A stretch of 64,000 nt of DNA from IMG/VR virus record IMGVR_UViG_3300021379_000005, positions 32,001 to 96,000 of that record. One strand, written 5' to 3'. The notes under the pieces were generated by a model. The model was given only the letters and a program-made list of their open reading frames with translations, did no database searches and was not told the DNA's origin. The translations under genes were made by a program, and so were the position numbers. Origin of the DNA: a virus. Taxonomy: Duplodnaviria; Caudoviricetes. Of the stretch, positions 9,801-21,000 are shown in pieces; within the stretch, counting starts at the first letter, position 1; every line of letters begins with the position of its first letter.

Positions 9801-11587
9801 TGTTTGATACCGTCACGACCTTGTCCTTTTGAAAGGTCTCCATTATCTTTAATTTGCAATGCAGTAGCAACATTTACATAAAGATACTCGTCTCTAGTGT
9901 CATAGAAGAAACGCATTCTCCACTTCTGTGGTTTACGAGCATCTTTAACTGGCTGAGTCAATGAAACTGAAGTTGGAATCGCATCTGTAGCACTATTAAT
10001 TTCTTTCTTGGATGAAAGTAAGTCTGTACCTTTTTCCGATTCAACAACAAACATATCACCAATTCTTTTAATCGATGACATCACATTTCTGTGGTTCTGT
10101 TGTCCGTTATTTCCAACAGGGATTGCTGTATTACTATCAGAGTCTACAAAAGGATAAACGATATTATATGGTTGTGCTTCGAAATCGGATACAGGAATTG
10201 CGAGTCTCCATTTTCCTGTTGCATATGATTTATCTCCTGCAACCATACCAGTAATTGGTTCACCATCGGTTGCATCTTCATATGTAAATGGATTACTTTC
10301 TTCATTATTTGTACTTGTCATTTCAAGAGTTGCAACATATGGATTTAATGTATGTCCATCACCAGAAACTCTAAGAATTGCAGTACCAGAACCATTTACT
10401 TCGATAATTCTCTTACCATCATCTGCAGCAGTAAAACCGTCCTGATCGGTTACACCAAATTGCACACCAGCATCGTCATAAAGTTCTACAATTGCACCAT
10501 CAACTGCACCACCCTTAATTACAAGAGATGCAGACCTTTGAGGAACACTAGAAAACGCAGAACTATAGTAGTTGCCATATGGGTGTAAACATAAATCTTT
10601 TGCAAGAGTTCTTAAGAAACCGTCACTTGCAGAAGGATCTTTGTCAGTATCGATGAAGTATTCTAAAAGAACTGTATCACCAACTTGAAAAGACTCACTT
10701 CTCCATGTTACTGTCCCATAATCAAATGCAAGTTGGGTTGATGTTGTCACTGCTTCTACAGTGATTACCAAATCACTCCCACCATCGTTTCCAAGTTCTG
10801 TGTTTGGAATAGTAATAGTATCGCCAATTGTATAAGTTTCACCGAACTCCAAAGGAACAACTTTTGTTACTGTACCGCCGGCATCAACATATACTTGGAA
10901 TTTTGCACCACTCCCAGCAACAGAATCTGTAGTTGTTGTTGCAACATAATAGACGCCTGGTCTATGTCCTGTTTGTCCACTAGTGATGTTTACGGAAGTA
11001 AGTGCGCCAATACCTTCAAAGAACGAAACATAAAACTGTCCTTCATCTGGACTTTCATCAATTTTTGCACTTAAAGTTTGTGCAGCAGCTGCATCGTAAT
11101 TGTTACCAGAAGAAACAATATCAACCGAAACAATTCTACCAGAATTATCAGAAGTTGCAGTTACAACTGCAGGAGTTAATGTTCCACTTGTTGGTTCGCC
11201 ACCTCTAATATTTACATTAAAAGTTGTATTTGGTGCATAACCAAAACCACCATCAAGAACGTTGATAGATTGAATTGCACCGTTTGCATCTAATTGAATT
11301 GAACCAAGAACAGAAGGAAGATTTCCGTTTCTATATGTTTGTTTTAATGGGCGGGTAACAGTCGTAACAGTACCACCAACAAACACTCTTCTCTGTGAAG
11401 ATAATGCGTATGGTGCGATTCTGTCAAATTCGTGTTGCGCCGGTTTTGAAAGCCTTGTATATGTCTGATTGAAACTATTCAAAAATTCGAACTTCTGTGC
11501 GTATTTCTGCTGTTGCATAGATACCATTTCGTTTCTTTGAATAGAAAATCCACCAGAAAGGAACTCTGTCGATAATGCAGTAGTCAT
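6878..11587 (-). CDS. Large virion structural protein, paralog A (1569 aa)
   Basis: RBS AAGGAG; two TATAAATA boxes upstream; shares core blocks (KPQKWRMRF, DQDDDYAWFVVQR, INPxEQLSIT, GNGMR) with the next two genes. Confidence 0.8.
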   Translation of the reverse strand: MTTALSTEFLSGGFSIQRNEMVSMQQQKYAQKFEFLNSFNQTYTRLSKPAQHEFDRIAPYALSSQRRVFVGGTVTTVTRPLKQTYRNGNLPSVLGSIQLDANGAIQSINVLDGGFGYAPNTTFNVNIRGGEPTSGTLTPAVVTATSDNSGRIVSVDIVSSGNNYDAAAAQTLSAKIDESPDEGQFYVSFFEGIGALTSVNITSGQTGHRPGVYYVATTTTDSVAGSGAKFQVYVDAGGTVTKVVPLEFGETYTIGDTITIPNTELGNDGGSDLVITVEAVTTSTQLAFDYGTVTWRSESFQVGDTVLLEYFIDTDKDPSASDGFLRTLAKDLCLHPYGNYYSSAFSSVPQRSASLVIKGGAVDGAIVELYDDAGVQFGVTDQDGFTAADDGKRIIEVNGSGTAILRVSGDGHTLNPYVATLEMTSTNNEESNPFTYEDATDGEPITGMVAGDKSYATGKWRLAIPVSDFEAQPYNIVYPFVDSDSNTAIPVGNNGQQNHRNVMSSIKRIGDMFVVESEKGTDLLSSKKEINSATDAIPTSVSLTQPVKDARKPQKWRMRFFYDTRDEYLYVNVATALQIKDNGDLSKGQGRDGIKQAVYRQPGELSEIYYNFSNDSNKAKSGFFRRQGKTTDDTEPTYPIAFRLTCTDHGTGLFVFDQASVDQDDDYAWFVVQRHVNNISGKIEFEDGKSPVHCLYSPSSRPEETSDFNIGFFAEVSEELDTTTGATTVTSKSLDELEIFDVNGRKLKPGLPVNVTIPTDSRPVAFIPEAYGRGLSYLNTSSTANVPLADHGALGTDSATGFTVVNDYYKFPEINAANFQAGPTDRGLGTAELAVVQSNITSADRDAFALNFGSAYGSSFVPVGDYITGFENGTGAGSRYDIADTNGAPSSWTLINDATGEGLKNFSVARTQMQGPAQLGLRTYRVRHRSSDGVDTFLDYNDDFQFVSKTEVAPATDANGQARELPISSTVAIFTPTSVAAKQLVAKRRRRVLFIDNLDIGATTGTGANPLLGTAGQFAGAVGGISDLTLVPVSGSSFGGNAVGHKLALDAAGTAIQTGATGGIGQDFIVLDGTGSTGDVKVGDELTTATAQTAGFGFRVLSVIDTMPEDDQFIYEYAWEGAGFNNEYTNFFGRYGTASNPLFEVNRLKVFVDGQEADAAVQGQNYQFDANGNIEFGTTGGSTEYFGVQKPMYAYSLTTDKVKFNEPLEFATVVKISYENYNDVEERDTGRSTYLIKLPEDRDIPAIWNDIHKVAKGIYRFIVRENDVFKPWDYHVSAVTPQVDSPACINPVEQLSITQDKTVIFNFPTPLASQRFIYSDAEADLICIAGADSSTQGGIIKTSATKYDLDGQHVSTLSPQGGTASTSSNADPLNFRREYFWHNVKQSDGTTDAFDTTENSTHRTYVGMMSTKPFGNGMRIFLLTRGGPIRPSYSDYTPRDVRGISDNFPTGAVNGAIETLGGVDYTFDDGERSGDLVTADDTSINVGTTTISGVTVTSISSEILVGATASVTTVEGDTITLTVTEVSSSAGSITVRSSGSTVGTLAAGAVTFTKNVGSSWKGNYVNFGS

Positions 11588-11618
11588 CTAATAATTCTCC
11601 TTTGAATGTTTTTTCTTA

Positions 11619-11652
11619 TATTTATAACTTTAAAGTGTTTCAAGTATTTATA
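11619..11652 (-). promoter_or_regulatory. Two tandem T4-type late promoters
   Basis: TATAAATA on the minus strand at 11619-11626 and 11645-11652. Confidence 0.8.
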
Positions 11653-11681
11653 CCCAGTTTATGTAATTATTTTATTTTATT

Positions 11682-14600
11682 TTAACTTCCTAGTGTCGAC
11701 CCAGGCGCTGTTCCAGGCGTTACATCACTGTATCTAATACTAGAACCAGTAACTTGCATAAACACTCTCATACCATTTCCATTCGGTAATGTTGCAGACA
11801 TTCCTTCATACTTTCTGGCATTTTTTCTCCAAATATACTTAACCCCATCGGGGCCTTCATGTCCTGCATATCTTGTAACTTCATTAGGAGAAGTTGAAGA
11901 AATTGAGGCAGGAACAAAAGAACCACCTCTAAATTCTTCGTTTACTCCATCCGAATCATCATATTTGTTTATTTCTACATGTCCTGACTGAGTTGAGAAA
12001 TCTGCAGAAGAAATACAAATAATATCAAGTTCACTTTGTGGATAATAGAATCTTTGAGTTGTTATCTGAGTTGGGAACGAGAAAACAAAATTTCTATCTT
12101 GTGTGATAGAAAGTTGTTCCATCGGATTGATAACAGCATGAGAATCAATTTCGTGCATTGTTGCAGAAACGTGGAAATCCCATGGTTTTAATACATCTTG
12201 TTCTCTAACAACAAATCTATTGATTGTTTTTACTTCATTCATGTTTCTTTCTGGGAAATCTCTATCCTCTGGAATAGTTATGATGTATGCACCCTGAGCA
12301 GGATTTGAAGTAACATAATTTATCAAAGAAATTGTCAATTCTGAACCCGATCTTGGAGCAACTTTGAAATAAAATGTATGATTGAAGAAATCGTACATAT
12401 ATTCATTTCTCAAAGTATTTGGTGAGGAGAATACAGGGTCACCAGGCAACTTATTTTGCAATAGATAATTACCTGTTGTCGTAACTGCTTGTGCAGTAGT
12501 CAAACTAAAAGTTGGCGATGATGGATTTGATGCATGTTGCGAGAAAAAGTTTCTTCCAGTTGAATTATTTGAAGTTCCCGAATCAATTGTATATGGAGTT
12601 GTAAGCGTAATTTGACTATTATTCCACTCAACAGAGTTACCATCTACAGATGGGAATTTAAAGTCTGTACCAAGCGTGTCAACCCCTGCGGCGTCTAGAG
12701 ATTCAATAAATCTTTGAACTGTACTTGGGTCGCCATTGTTAACCCAATCTTCATACGTTAAAATATATGCATTACTATCTCTAATTACCTCAACATCATC
12801 CAATGCAACAACCAAAGATTCAAAAACTTTGTCCATATTCCCGACAGGAGAGCCAAATAGAATATCAAGTAATGCAGAATCCGCTTCTTTATAATCAACC
12901 AAACCAACAGATTCTGTTGCAGCAGGAACACCTGTTCCACTTTGAGATGCATCTTTAAATGTAGACATTCTTTCAATAATGTTTTGTGGAAACGCAATAT
13001 TTTCGGAGAATGAAATTCCTGCAGTGTTTCCAAGAACATAATTAGCCGAAATAGGAGTAGTTGCAGTTAACAAAGAACCACTTCTGTCATAATGTTCTAA
13101 TACTGGAGATCCTCCACCAACCGTGACTTGTTCAAGAGCAGCGGGAGATGCGGAAGCCCCAGCAGCAAGTGAGACATCTTTTCTTCTTGGTAATGAGTTA
13201 AAACCTTGAATTTGAAGGTCAAATACTGGGTCAAGTATCTGTTCTGCCCATGTTGAACCAGAAAGTCCATCGGTTGGTACAATAATCCACTGTGGTGATC
13301 CTGATGGATTTACTGTAAAGTCTACCATAACATCACCAGAACTAGATGTTCCTTCTTCAATGGTTCCCTGTGCAGGGACAATTGGAGGGCCAGCAGCATA
13401 TGTCTGTGTTGTTCCAACAATATTTGCAGCAGACCAACCACTAACAAGTAGTTCGCCATTTGAAGAATTGTATGAAACAATACGTCCACCACCTGTTTGT
13501 GCATCAGATTCCAGAATATATTTACCAGGCGTCAAAGTTTCCCCTGCGATTGCGCCAGGCGAGTTTGTAACATCCACTTGCAGTCTGTATAGTGTTTGTC
13601 CCCAAAGATTTTGATTTTCTGACATCGCATTACTAGAAAAACCTCTAGTTAAATCTACTCTTATATCGGTGTGATATAATTGTCCAAGTGAGTTTTGTGT
13701 ATTACCACCAGTTGCGTATCCAAGTGCAGTAAAGTCAATAGCATTGACAATGCCATTGAATAGTCCACCATCTCTGTTAACATAGATAGTTGGTGCTTCT
13801 GATCTGAAAACTTGTCCAAGTGAGTTTTGAATTGGGGCAGGTTTACTCAAATCATCCAAATCTTGTGATGCAAAATATGGTGTCAAACTAGAAACATCTA
13901 CAGGACGTTTGCATGGTGAATATACACAATGCACTGGAGATTTTTCTGTAAACTCTGGTTGGCCAGTTGTTTGGTCAACATGTCTCTGTACTACTAACCA
14001 TGCATAATCATCATCTTGATCTACTGATGCATGGTCAAATAAGAAAAGTCCCAAACCATGGTTTGTAACCGTAAGTCTATAAGACATTGGATATGTTGTT
14101 GAGATTGAGTCTTCTACTTGAGTTTTTCTAAACCACTGTGATTTTGCCTTACTCATTTGTAAGATTGCACCTCTACCGACCATTGGAGAGGTATATACAT
14201 CGCACAATTCGCCGGGCTCTCTATAGACAGGATTTTTAATACCATCACGGCCTTGTGGTTGTGAAATCGTAAAGTCATCTTGCAATTGATAAGCAGTTGC
14301 AACATTTACTTTTAAGTATTTTTCATCATCATTCCACTCAAATCTCATTCTCCACTTCTGTGGTTTTCTGACTGCAGAAGGAGAGAGACTTGATGCAAAA
14401 CTTAAGTTTGTATCTGATAATAAATCGACACCTTTGTTAGACTCAACTAAGAATCCATTTGTAATTCTTCTCAATGCATCTTTAACATCTTCTTTATCGT
14501 TACTAACTGGAGTAGGATATATCAAATCGAATGGTCTTTGGAAGTTATCATTTTCTTGGAATGTAAGCATCCAAGATGTGCCTTCTTCTGTACTTGCCAA

Positions 14601-15887
14601 TTCATCTTTCTGTCCAGATGCCGTAATCGCAGATGTAATATTTGGAGTATTATTTGCTTGATCGTAGAAAATTGCAACAAAACCATTTACTGCAGTACCT
14701 GTTGGTTCTCCATCTGATGTTGTTGCTTTTGAATACGCCCAGTAATCGGTGTCGGAACCATTGTTTTTCGGCCACGAATAATCATTTGCACCACCAGAAA
14801 GTGTCTCTTGTTGTGGGCCAAGTCCGTTAGGCCCCACCAATGCACCGTATGGAACATCAATTGTCTTACCCCAATGGTAAGATATAGTAAACACACATTG
14901 ACTTAGGTCTGCGACCCAAGGCATTACCTCTGTTCTTTTAAATTTAAATAAAGTTGACCTTGAAACATTATTAGAAGTCGCAACCCAATCTTCTTCTGGC
15001 AAAACTCTTCCATTCAAAGAAACTCTAAATTCACCAGAACCAAGGTCAGAAATTGTAAGTGGGAAATCACCAATAATTGATGGCCATGTGTTTGAGTCAG
15101 TAGGGTCAATATTTGCAAAAGGCGTTGAACCACCCGAACCTAAGTTTAATTCTGTAACTACTTTATGTTCTCTTACAACTTTCCAAAGTTTACCAGCAAC
15201 TAATTGGTCTGCTGGTGTACCATCTTCGGAATAATCTCTATTATACTGGACTGGTAATACTTGTTGATACGCAGTAAGATTTCCAGTTCCTGCGTCAATT
15301 TCATTAAGAATTTCACTTGTTGTAAAATCACTGGTAATTTCATTGCCGGGAGTACCATCTGCAGCAGTATCAAAAGTTACATCTCTACTTAAATTTAAAT
15401 TAAATATTTCTGGGAATTCAAATGGATGAACTGTTAAATCGTGTGCCAGTTGGAATAAAAGTCCACCATCATTTCCTGTGAAATGTGTAACATGTTCGAT
15501 ATACTTGATTTCAATTACTTCTCCAGAAATAGGACTAACGTTGTCGGCAAAAATAATTGCACCGAACTCTCCTAATGCAGAATCGTATTTAATTGAACCT
15601 TGTCCTGCAGAAGTACTACCTTCCACATAAACTTTATCTCTGTATAATTCTGCATCAGTTGCAGTTACTCCAGACACCAAGGAGTTATTACCAAAACGTC
15701 TGTTAAGGTAAAAACGTGTTTCTCCAATTCTGATGTCCCACTCCCAATCCTTATCAGAAATATCAACTTTTGATCTTAAAAAATAAGTATTAGACCCACT
15801 CAGTGCATTGTGTGTTTCAACTTGACTGCGGTGAGGGACATCGATAATGTCATTTCTTTGTATGCTATATCCACTGGCAATAGACAT
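11682..15887 (-). CDS. Large virion structural protein, paralog B (1401 aa)
   Basis: RBS AAGGAG; late promoter upstream; same conserved core blocks as paralogs A and C. Confidence 0.8.
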   Translation of the reverse strand: MSIASGYSIQRNDIIDVPHRSQVETHNALSGSNTYFLRSKVDISDKDWEWDIRIGETRFYLNRRFGNNSLVSGVTATDAELYRDKVYVEGSTSAGQGSIKYDSALGEFGAIIFADNVSPISGEVIEIKYIEHVTHFTGNDGGLLFQLAHDLTVHPFEFPEIFNLNLSRDVTFDTAADGTPGNEITSDFTTSEILNEIDAGTGNLTAYQQVLPVQYNRDYSEDGTPADQLVAGKLWKVVREHKVVTELNLGSGGSTPFANIDPTDSNTWPSIIGDFPLTISDLGSGEFRVSLNGRVLPEEDWVATSNNVSRSTLFKFKRTEVMPWVADLSQCVFTISYHWGKTIDVPYGALVGPNGLGPQQETLSGGANDYSWPKNNGSDTDYWAYSKATTSDGEPTGTAVNGFVAIFYDQANNTPNITSAITASGQKDELASTEEGTSWMLTFQENDNFQRPFDLIYPTPVSNDKEDVKDALRRITNGFLVESNKGVDLLSDTNLSFASSLSPSAVRKPQKWRMRFEWNDDEKYLKVNVATAYQLQDDFTISQPQGRDGIKNPVYREPGELCDVYTSPMVGRGAILQMSKAKSQWFRKTQVEDSISTTYPMSYRLTVTNHGLGLFLFDHASVDQDDDYAWLVVQRHVDQTTGQPEFTEKSPVHCVYSPCKRPVDVSSLTPYFASQDLDDLSKPAPIQNSLGQVFRSEAPTIYVNRDGGLFNGIVNAIDFTALGYATGGNTQNSLGQLYHTDIRVDLTRGFSSNAMSENQNLWGQTLYRLQVDVTNSPGAIAGETLTPGKYILESDAQTGGGRIVSYNSSNGELLVSGWSAANIVGTTQTYAAGPPIVPAQGTIEEGTSSSGDVMVDFTVNPSGSPQWIIVPTDGLSGSTWAEQILDPVFDLQIQGFNSLPRRKDVSLAAGASASPAALEQVTVGGGSPVLEHYDRSGSLLTATTPISANYVLGNTAGISFSENIAFPQNIIERMSTFKDASQSGTGVPAATESVGLVDYKEADSALLDILFGSPVGNMDKVFESLVVALDDVEVIRDSNAYILTYEDWVNNGDPSTVQRFIESLDAAGVDTLGTDFKFPSVDGNSVEWNNSQITLTTPYTIDSGTSNNSTGRNFFSQHASNPSSPTFSLTTAQAVTTTGNYLLQNKLPGDPVFSSPNTLRNEYMYDFFNHTFYFKVAPRSGSELTISLINYVTSNPAQGAYIITIPEDRDFPERNMNEVKTINRFVVREQDVLKPWDFHVSATMHEIDSHAVINPMEQLSITQDRNFVFSFPTQITTQRFYYPQSELDIICISSADFSTQSGHVEINKYDDSDGVNEEFRGGSFVPASISSTSPNEVTRYAGHEGPDGVKYIWRKNARKYEGMSATLPNGNGMRVFMQVTGSSIRYSDVTPGTAPGSTLGS

Positions 15888-15913
15888 TCATATCTCCTTT
15901 GTATTTTTCTTTA

Positions 15914-15921
15914 TATTTATA
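15914..15921 (-). promoter_or_regulatory. T4-type late promoter
   Basis: TATAAATA about 27 nt upstream of the paralog B start. Confidence 0.8.
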
Positions 15922-15960
15922 AAAATTTTTTTGTTGTTTTACTAAATTCTCAAACTATCT

Positions 15961-18012
15961 TCATACTGCTGGTGTTCCTACAGGGTCATATGTGTCAAGA
16001 TTGATATCACTATTAAAGATATATTGTCCATTTACTAAGACTAGTAATCTCATTCCATTTCCAAACGCCATGGTTGAACGCATTCCTTGGTATCTTCTTT
16101 TATCTACATTAGTACCATTGTATAGATATGTTGTCATTGGCACATTACTGGATTCTGCTACTACTTCTGCAGAAGAAAAACAAATCATATCCATCTCTTC
16201 TTTAGGATACATATATCTTTGTGTCGTAAGTCCAGTTGGGAAAGTGATAATAAATCTATTTTCATCTGTGATGGCTAATTGTTCTAATGGATTGATAACT
16301 GCATTACTATCTGTCTGATGTTTTGTTGCAAATTTATGCACATCAGTTGGTTTTAATACATCAAATTCTCTTACAACAAATCTCCAAATATTTTTTGCTT
16401 GCCATTCATCCGCAAGATAGTCTTCTCTATCGTATGGACTCAATATATAGAATGTTTTTGAATTGTCCATGTTTGATAAATTGTATATATTTCCCGCTTC
16501 GTCAAATACTGTGTCTACCAAATCTTCTGCAGTCTGTAGGTTTGCTGCTTGATTGGAAAAGTAAATTCCAGCATCAGAAGAATAAAAACTTTCTCTAGAA
16601 CAAGAGTACATGCAGTGAACAGGGAATTTAGACGCTTCGTCAGTTCTTGGAAGTCCTGATTCATTACTTGATGTTCTTTGAATACAGAACCATGCATAAT
16701 CATCTGCCTGATCTGCTGCAGCATCATCATACATATAAAGAACAATACCTTTTTCTGTCATAGTGAGTCTATACGAAAATGGGTATGTTCCTTGCAGTTC
16801 TGCATTCATTTTTGGAAATCTTTTGAACCAACCATAACCCTTTCTTTTGTTTCTAAATCTAATTGATCTGTTATTGATATATTTCTTATAATCTGTTCCA
16901 GAAGGGGCAGCTGCCTGATTAAAAGAAGAACCTGTATCTGGCATATAGAAGGTTGCAAGTGGGTACTCCGAAAAAGTATGAACTGTAGAAGAACCTGTTC
17001 CACCAGCACTAATATCTGCCTGATCTGCCGCAGCCTTGTCCAAGTATACTGGATAGTAATAACCTTGAGTTACACCATAAGTACCAGTATCTGTGTTTTG
17101 TCCAAAGACAAAATACGGCCCTGTATTTGCAACATCTGCAGTAATAGTTACATCATCAAAATGCAAGTCTGCTAGTTCTCCCGGCATTCTTATAATAGAA
17201 GTATCAACAGTTGAACCATTCTCTAATGTAATTAATCCATCGGTCGTAAGTTGTGGATTTGAAATAGTTCCATCTGTACTAATCTGATTAGATGTGCCTA
17301 CATTTACCTTAAACCATCCATACATGGGATTTGGAATACCGACTGTACTTTCCCAACCACTATTTAAAATCCCATTATAACTGTAGCCTGGATGGTATTC
17401 TGGTTGATACTCTGCTTCTAATACAGTATTTCCTTCTTGGTATTGTGGTCTTCCTTGTGATGCCATTCTAAGATTCAATTGATATAATTCATTATTAAAT
17501 TCTCTATCACCAGTTGTACCAACACCAGCACCCATTAAACGTGGTCTAAGGTCGAATTCAAATCTTATTCTATAATTTTGATCAATACCTCTCGCAACTG
17601 CACCAGACTTAGGCAGAATTTGATTTGTAGTCTGAAAAATCATAACATGTTGCTCTGGATTGGTTCCATCACCAACCTCACTGAAGTTTGCAACACCAGC
17701 GTATACACCACTACCACCACCATTTGCAGAAGATGGGCGGTTTAATGATATCTGACTAAAAAACTGTTTTGTTACCTGAGTTGTAACTAGAGTTTGAGTC
17801 TCATCAATTAATTCATTTCCAGCGATTGGTTCACCAGCAAATAATGGCCATTCTCTTGCCAAATCTTCAGCAAGAACGCCCATAAATCCACCACTAATAC
17901 TACCATCATTACTATTTACGCCGCCGTTGCCGATTACAGAAGTAAACGAATTTCTTTGACGAGATATTCCAAAATTAGGAAAGTAGTTTGGGTCTATATT
18001 TCTCTGTGCCAT
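15961..18012 (-). CDS. Virion structural protein, paralog C (683 aa)
   Basis: Shortest family member: YPFSYRLTMT, ADQADDYAWFCIQR, FPVHCMYS, RFVVREFDVLKP, INPLEQLAIT, GNGMR. Confidence 0.8.
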   Translation of the reverse strand: MAQRNIDPNYFPNFGISRQRNSFTSVIGNGGVNSNDGSISGGFMGVLAEDLAREWPLFAGEPIAGNELIDETQTLVTTQVTKQFFSQISLNRPSSANGGGSGVYAGVANFSEVGDGTNPEQHVMIFQTTNQILPKSGAVARGIDQNYRIRFEFDLRPRLMGAGVGTTGDREFNNELYQLNLRMASQGRPQYQEGNTVLEAEYQPEYHPGYSYNGILNSGWESTVGIPNPMYGWFKVNVGTSNQISTDGTISNPQLTTDGLITLENGSTVDTSIIRMPGELADLHFDDVTITADVANTGPYFVFGQNTDTGTYGVTQGYYYPVYLDKAAADQADISAGGTGSSTVHTFSEYPLATFYMPDTGSSFNQAAAPSGTDYKKYINNRSIRFRNKRKGYGWFKRFPKMNAELQGTYPFSYRLTMTEKGIVLYMYDDAAADQADDYAWFCIQRTSSNESGLPRTDEASKFPVHCMYSCSRESFYSSDAGIYFSNQAANLQTAEDLVDTVFDEAGNIYNLSNMDNSKTFYILSPYDREDYLADEWQAKNIWRFVVREFDVLKPTDVHKFATKHQTDSNAVINPLEQLAITDENRFIITFPTGLTTQRYMYPKEEMDMICFSSAEVVAESSNVPMTTYLYNGTNVDKRRYQGMRSTMAFGNGMRLLVLVNGQYIFNSDINLDTYDPVGTPAV

Positions 18013-18040
18013 TAATTTTTTTCTCTCATTACTTTATCAA

Positions 18041-21000
18041 CTATTTATCTCTAAATATTGAAAGAATTTTTCCTGTTACAAAAGTAATTGGATGCCACAC
18101 AGTACACCAAATTCTTCCTACAATATCGTCTTTCTCTTTTTCACCAATACCTAAGTGTCCTGCATAACCATCTCTACTTAAAATATACTTTAAGTGTTGC
18201 GTTCTTCTTTGCGCCAACCATCCACCAGACTTAGTTAAGGTGGTACTCTTTCTCATTCCTTTAACCCAAGGCATGAATAAGAAATGATAACCTCTTTGAT
18301 GATACTGAGTCAAATGAGTCTTTGTATGCAATCCCCAAATCTTCATTGCAATTTTCCAATCATCTAGTTGTGTTTGTCTATACATTTCTGTACAAACAAT
18401 TTTATCAGACTGACCAGAAGTACCACTACCTCCAGAATCACTAATATTGTCATCTCTAGTTGGGCCAATCATTGTCCCTGTCTGTCCTGTTCCAGTAGAG
18501 AACACACCATCTGGTTGATCCGCTCTTAGGGATTGAATTTCATCATGTGTCATAGGACTATCAAAATATGTTACAGTGCCAGTTGATGGTTCATAGTGAG
18601 ATGAAAATGTCGGTTCATTATTATTATCATCATTTCCACCACCACCAGAATATACTGGATTTCCGTTTCCATCTGTAACAGGATTGCCATTTCCATCCGT
18701 AACTACTGTTATAGGTGCAGTGCTAGTGGTTGTAGTGGTATTAGAACCACCACCGCCACCGCCACCTGTGTCTGCAGGCGGTGGGCGAGTCCAAGTTGTT
18801 CCAGTACCAGTTCCCCCCAAAGAGAAACACGAGAAACGTGTTAGTCCACCCTCTACATAGAAGTTACCCATTGACGAAGGTGTAACTCTTAAGTCAGTAT
18901 AGTCATTATCAGTTTTGTCTTCAAGTTCAAGAGTAGTCCAACTGTTATTATTATCTTCAGTTATCGGTTCACCACCCAACTTTCTTCTGAAGACCTTATA
19001 TAATGTATATTTCATTTCGAATTGGCCGCCGCCACCAAATGTAAAATCATCATTGACATTCTTGGTACATACACCAAGAGCATCTTCTTCACGATCATTT
19101 CTATAATAACGATACCCATTATAATCTATAGTTTGATGCCTTTGATCATCATAATTGAATGACCATGCAGTTCCTAAAGGATTAAACCCAGTACTATCTC
19201 CAAATCCATACCAACTACCACTACCATCTGCATTGGCAACAGTTCCAAATATACCATTTTGATCGCCCTTAATCACCTCAGTTCCGTATTTGATGAATAC
19301 CCTAGTATTTCCGTCTTGATCTCTACCTTGAGCCCAAACTGATGCACCACCTGTAGCGGGTTCATCACAATTACCAGAATGGAAATACTCTGGATATTCT
19401 CTCACACCTAAACTAGAACTTGTAGTTCCAGTAGTTGTTTGATGAGGCCTTCCGTCATCAATTACTCTTGTTGTCATTTTTGAGGATGCATTACTTCTTA
19501 ATCCAGAAGGATTTAAGACATAGATATCGTCTTCACTCATTTTAATGGTTTGTGTACTTGCATTCGGACCAAATACAATTGATGCTGGGCCAATCCCACC
19601 AGAACCAATATTAGTAAATGTCATTGTATTCTCATACGCCGCTGACCTAGTAGTATCAAATGTAACTGTACATTTTCTAATCGGCCATGGGTCTGGACTT
19701 TGAATATCATTATCGATGTCACTTCTCTTTGCACCTGTGACAACATATTCATCTGGTGCATTCACGGGATCTGTGGATATACTAACAGATGGTAGATACC
19801 CAGCCGGTGGCGCTGGACTAAAGAACGGGCCTGGCGCATTTAAACTGTTTTCTACCTTTGCGTAATGTTCTCCATTTTGACAAAAATACACACGATATTT
19901 TTGTGAACCATTTTTTTGTAATTGGAAAGTATGAACCAAGTAATACTGTTTCCCCTTTCCAAATAAAAGAATTTCTTTTGAGGAAATCGAACCAGTTAAC
20001 TCTTGATTTCCTTCACATGACACGTTAGCAACAGAGTACATAACAACCGCACCCCTATCATCAATCAGTGCAATGCCAGGTTTTGAAATTTTTGTATAGT
20101 CGTTTCCTTTAGAACCAAATACAACAACTACACCATCTCCACCATCTCCTGAGTTAGATTCGTAAGTGCCTTCTTGAGTTTGACTGCCAGGCACCAAATC
20201 TAAGTATGAAGTCTGATTTGATTGTCCACCTCTACCAACTTTAATATCAACAATATCGCCGGGCGATACCATGAAGTCTCCAAAGAATCCACTGGCAGCG
20301 GCCTGGCCACCAATAGTAGCGCTTTTCGATGTACTATTGTAATATCTTCCACCGTGTTGTCCAGCTGCACCACCCGACCCATATACTGGATTTGGTTCTG
20401 ATGGACTTCCATTGGTTGGGAATTCACTAGCAACACTTGTACCAGAACCATGCCATGAAGAACCACCATCTCCACCATCATTATTAAAGAAATGTAATTC
20501 CCCCAATCCTGAACGTTCAAACCAGTAAGTATTAATTGGGAATTTTTCAACCAATGCACTTACAATATTTGCACCACTTGATGGAAGGTCTGCATGATAT
20601 GATAATGGAGTACTTTGTAAGTTATCTCTTGTATATTTCAAAGAGTTTGTTGGTAAAGTAGATAATGCGTAAGTTCTATTGGTTGCAACTCCACCAGTAA
20701 CACTAACCAATTGATTCTTTGTTGGTATAGTTCCCTGGCCAGGTATGATAACAGGTTCCTCTGTAATTGTAGAACCAAACTGTGCTGCATATTCGGCAGT
20801 ACCCACAACATAATTGATACCTTGGAATACTGTATAATTTTGTTGACGGAAAAGGTCTCTGTCAATTACATTAGAGTTTCTTCCAACATATTTTTGATAA
20901 ATTTTATCAATGGTTTCTGTATCTAGTGAAGTTTCTAATGTGAAACTATTCATTGAAACTCCACCAACACCTGTTGGTTGAGACACAGTACCACCATCCG

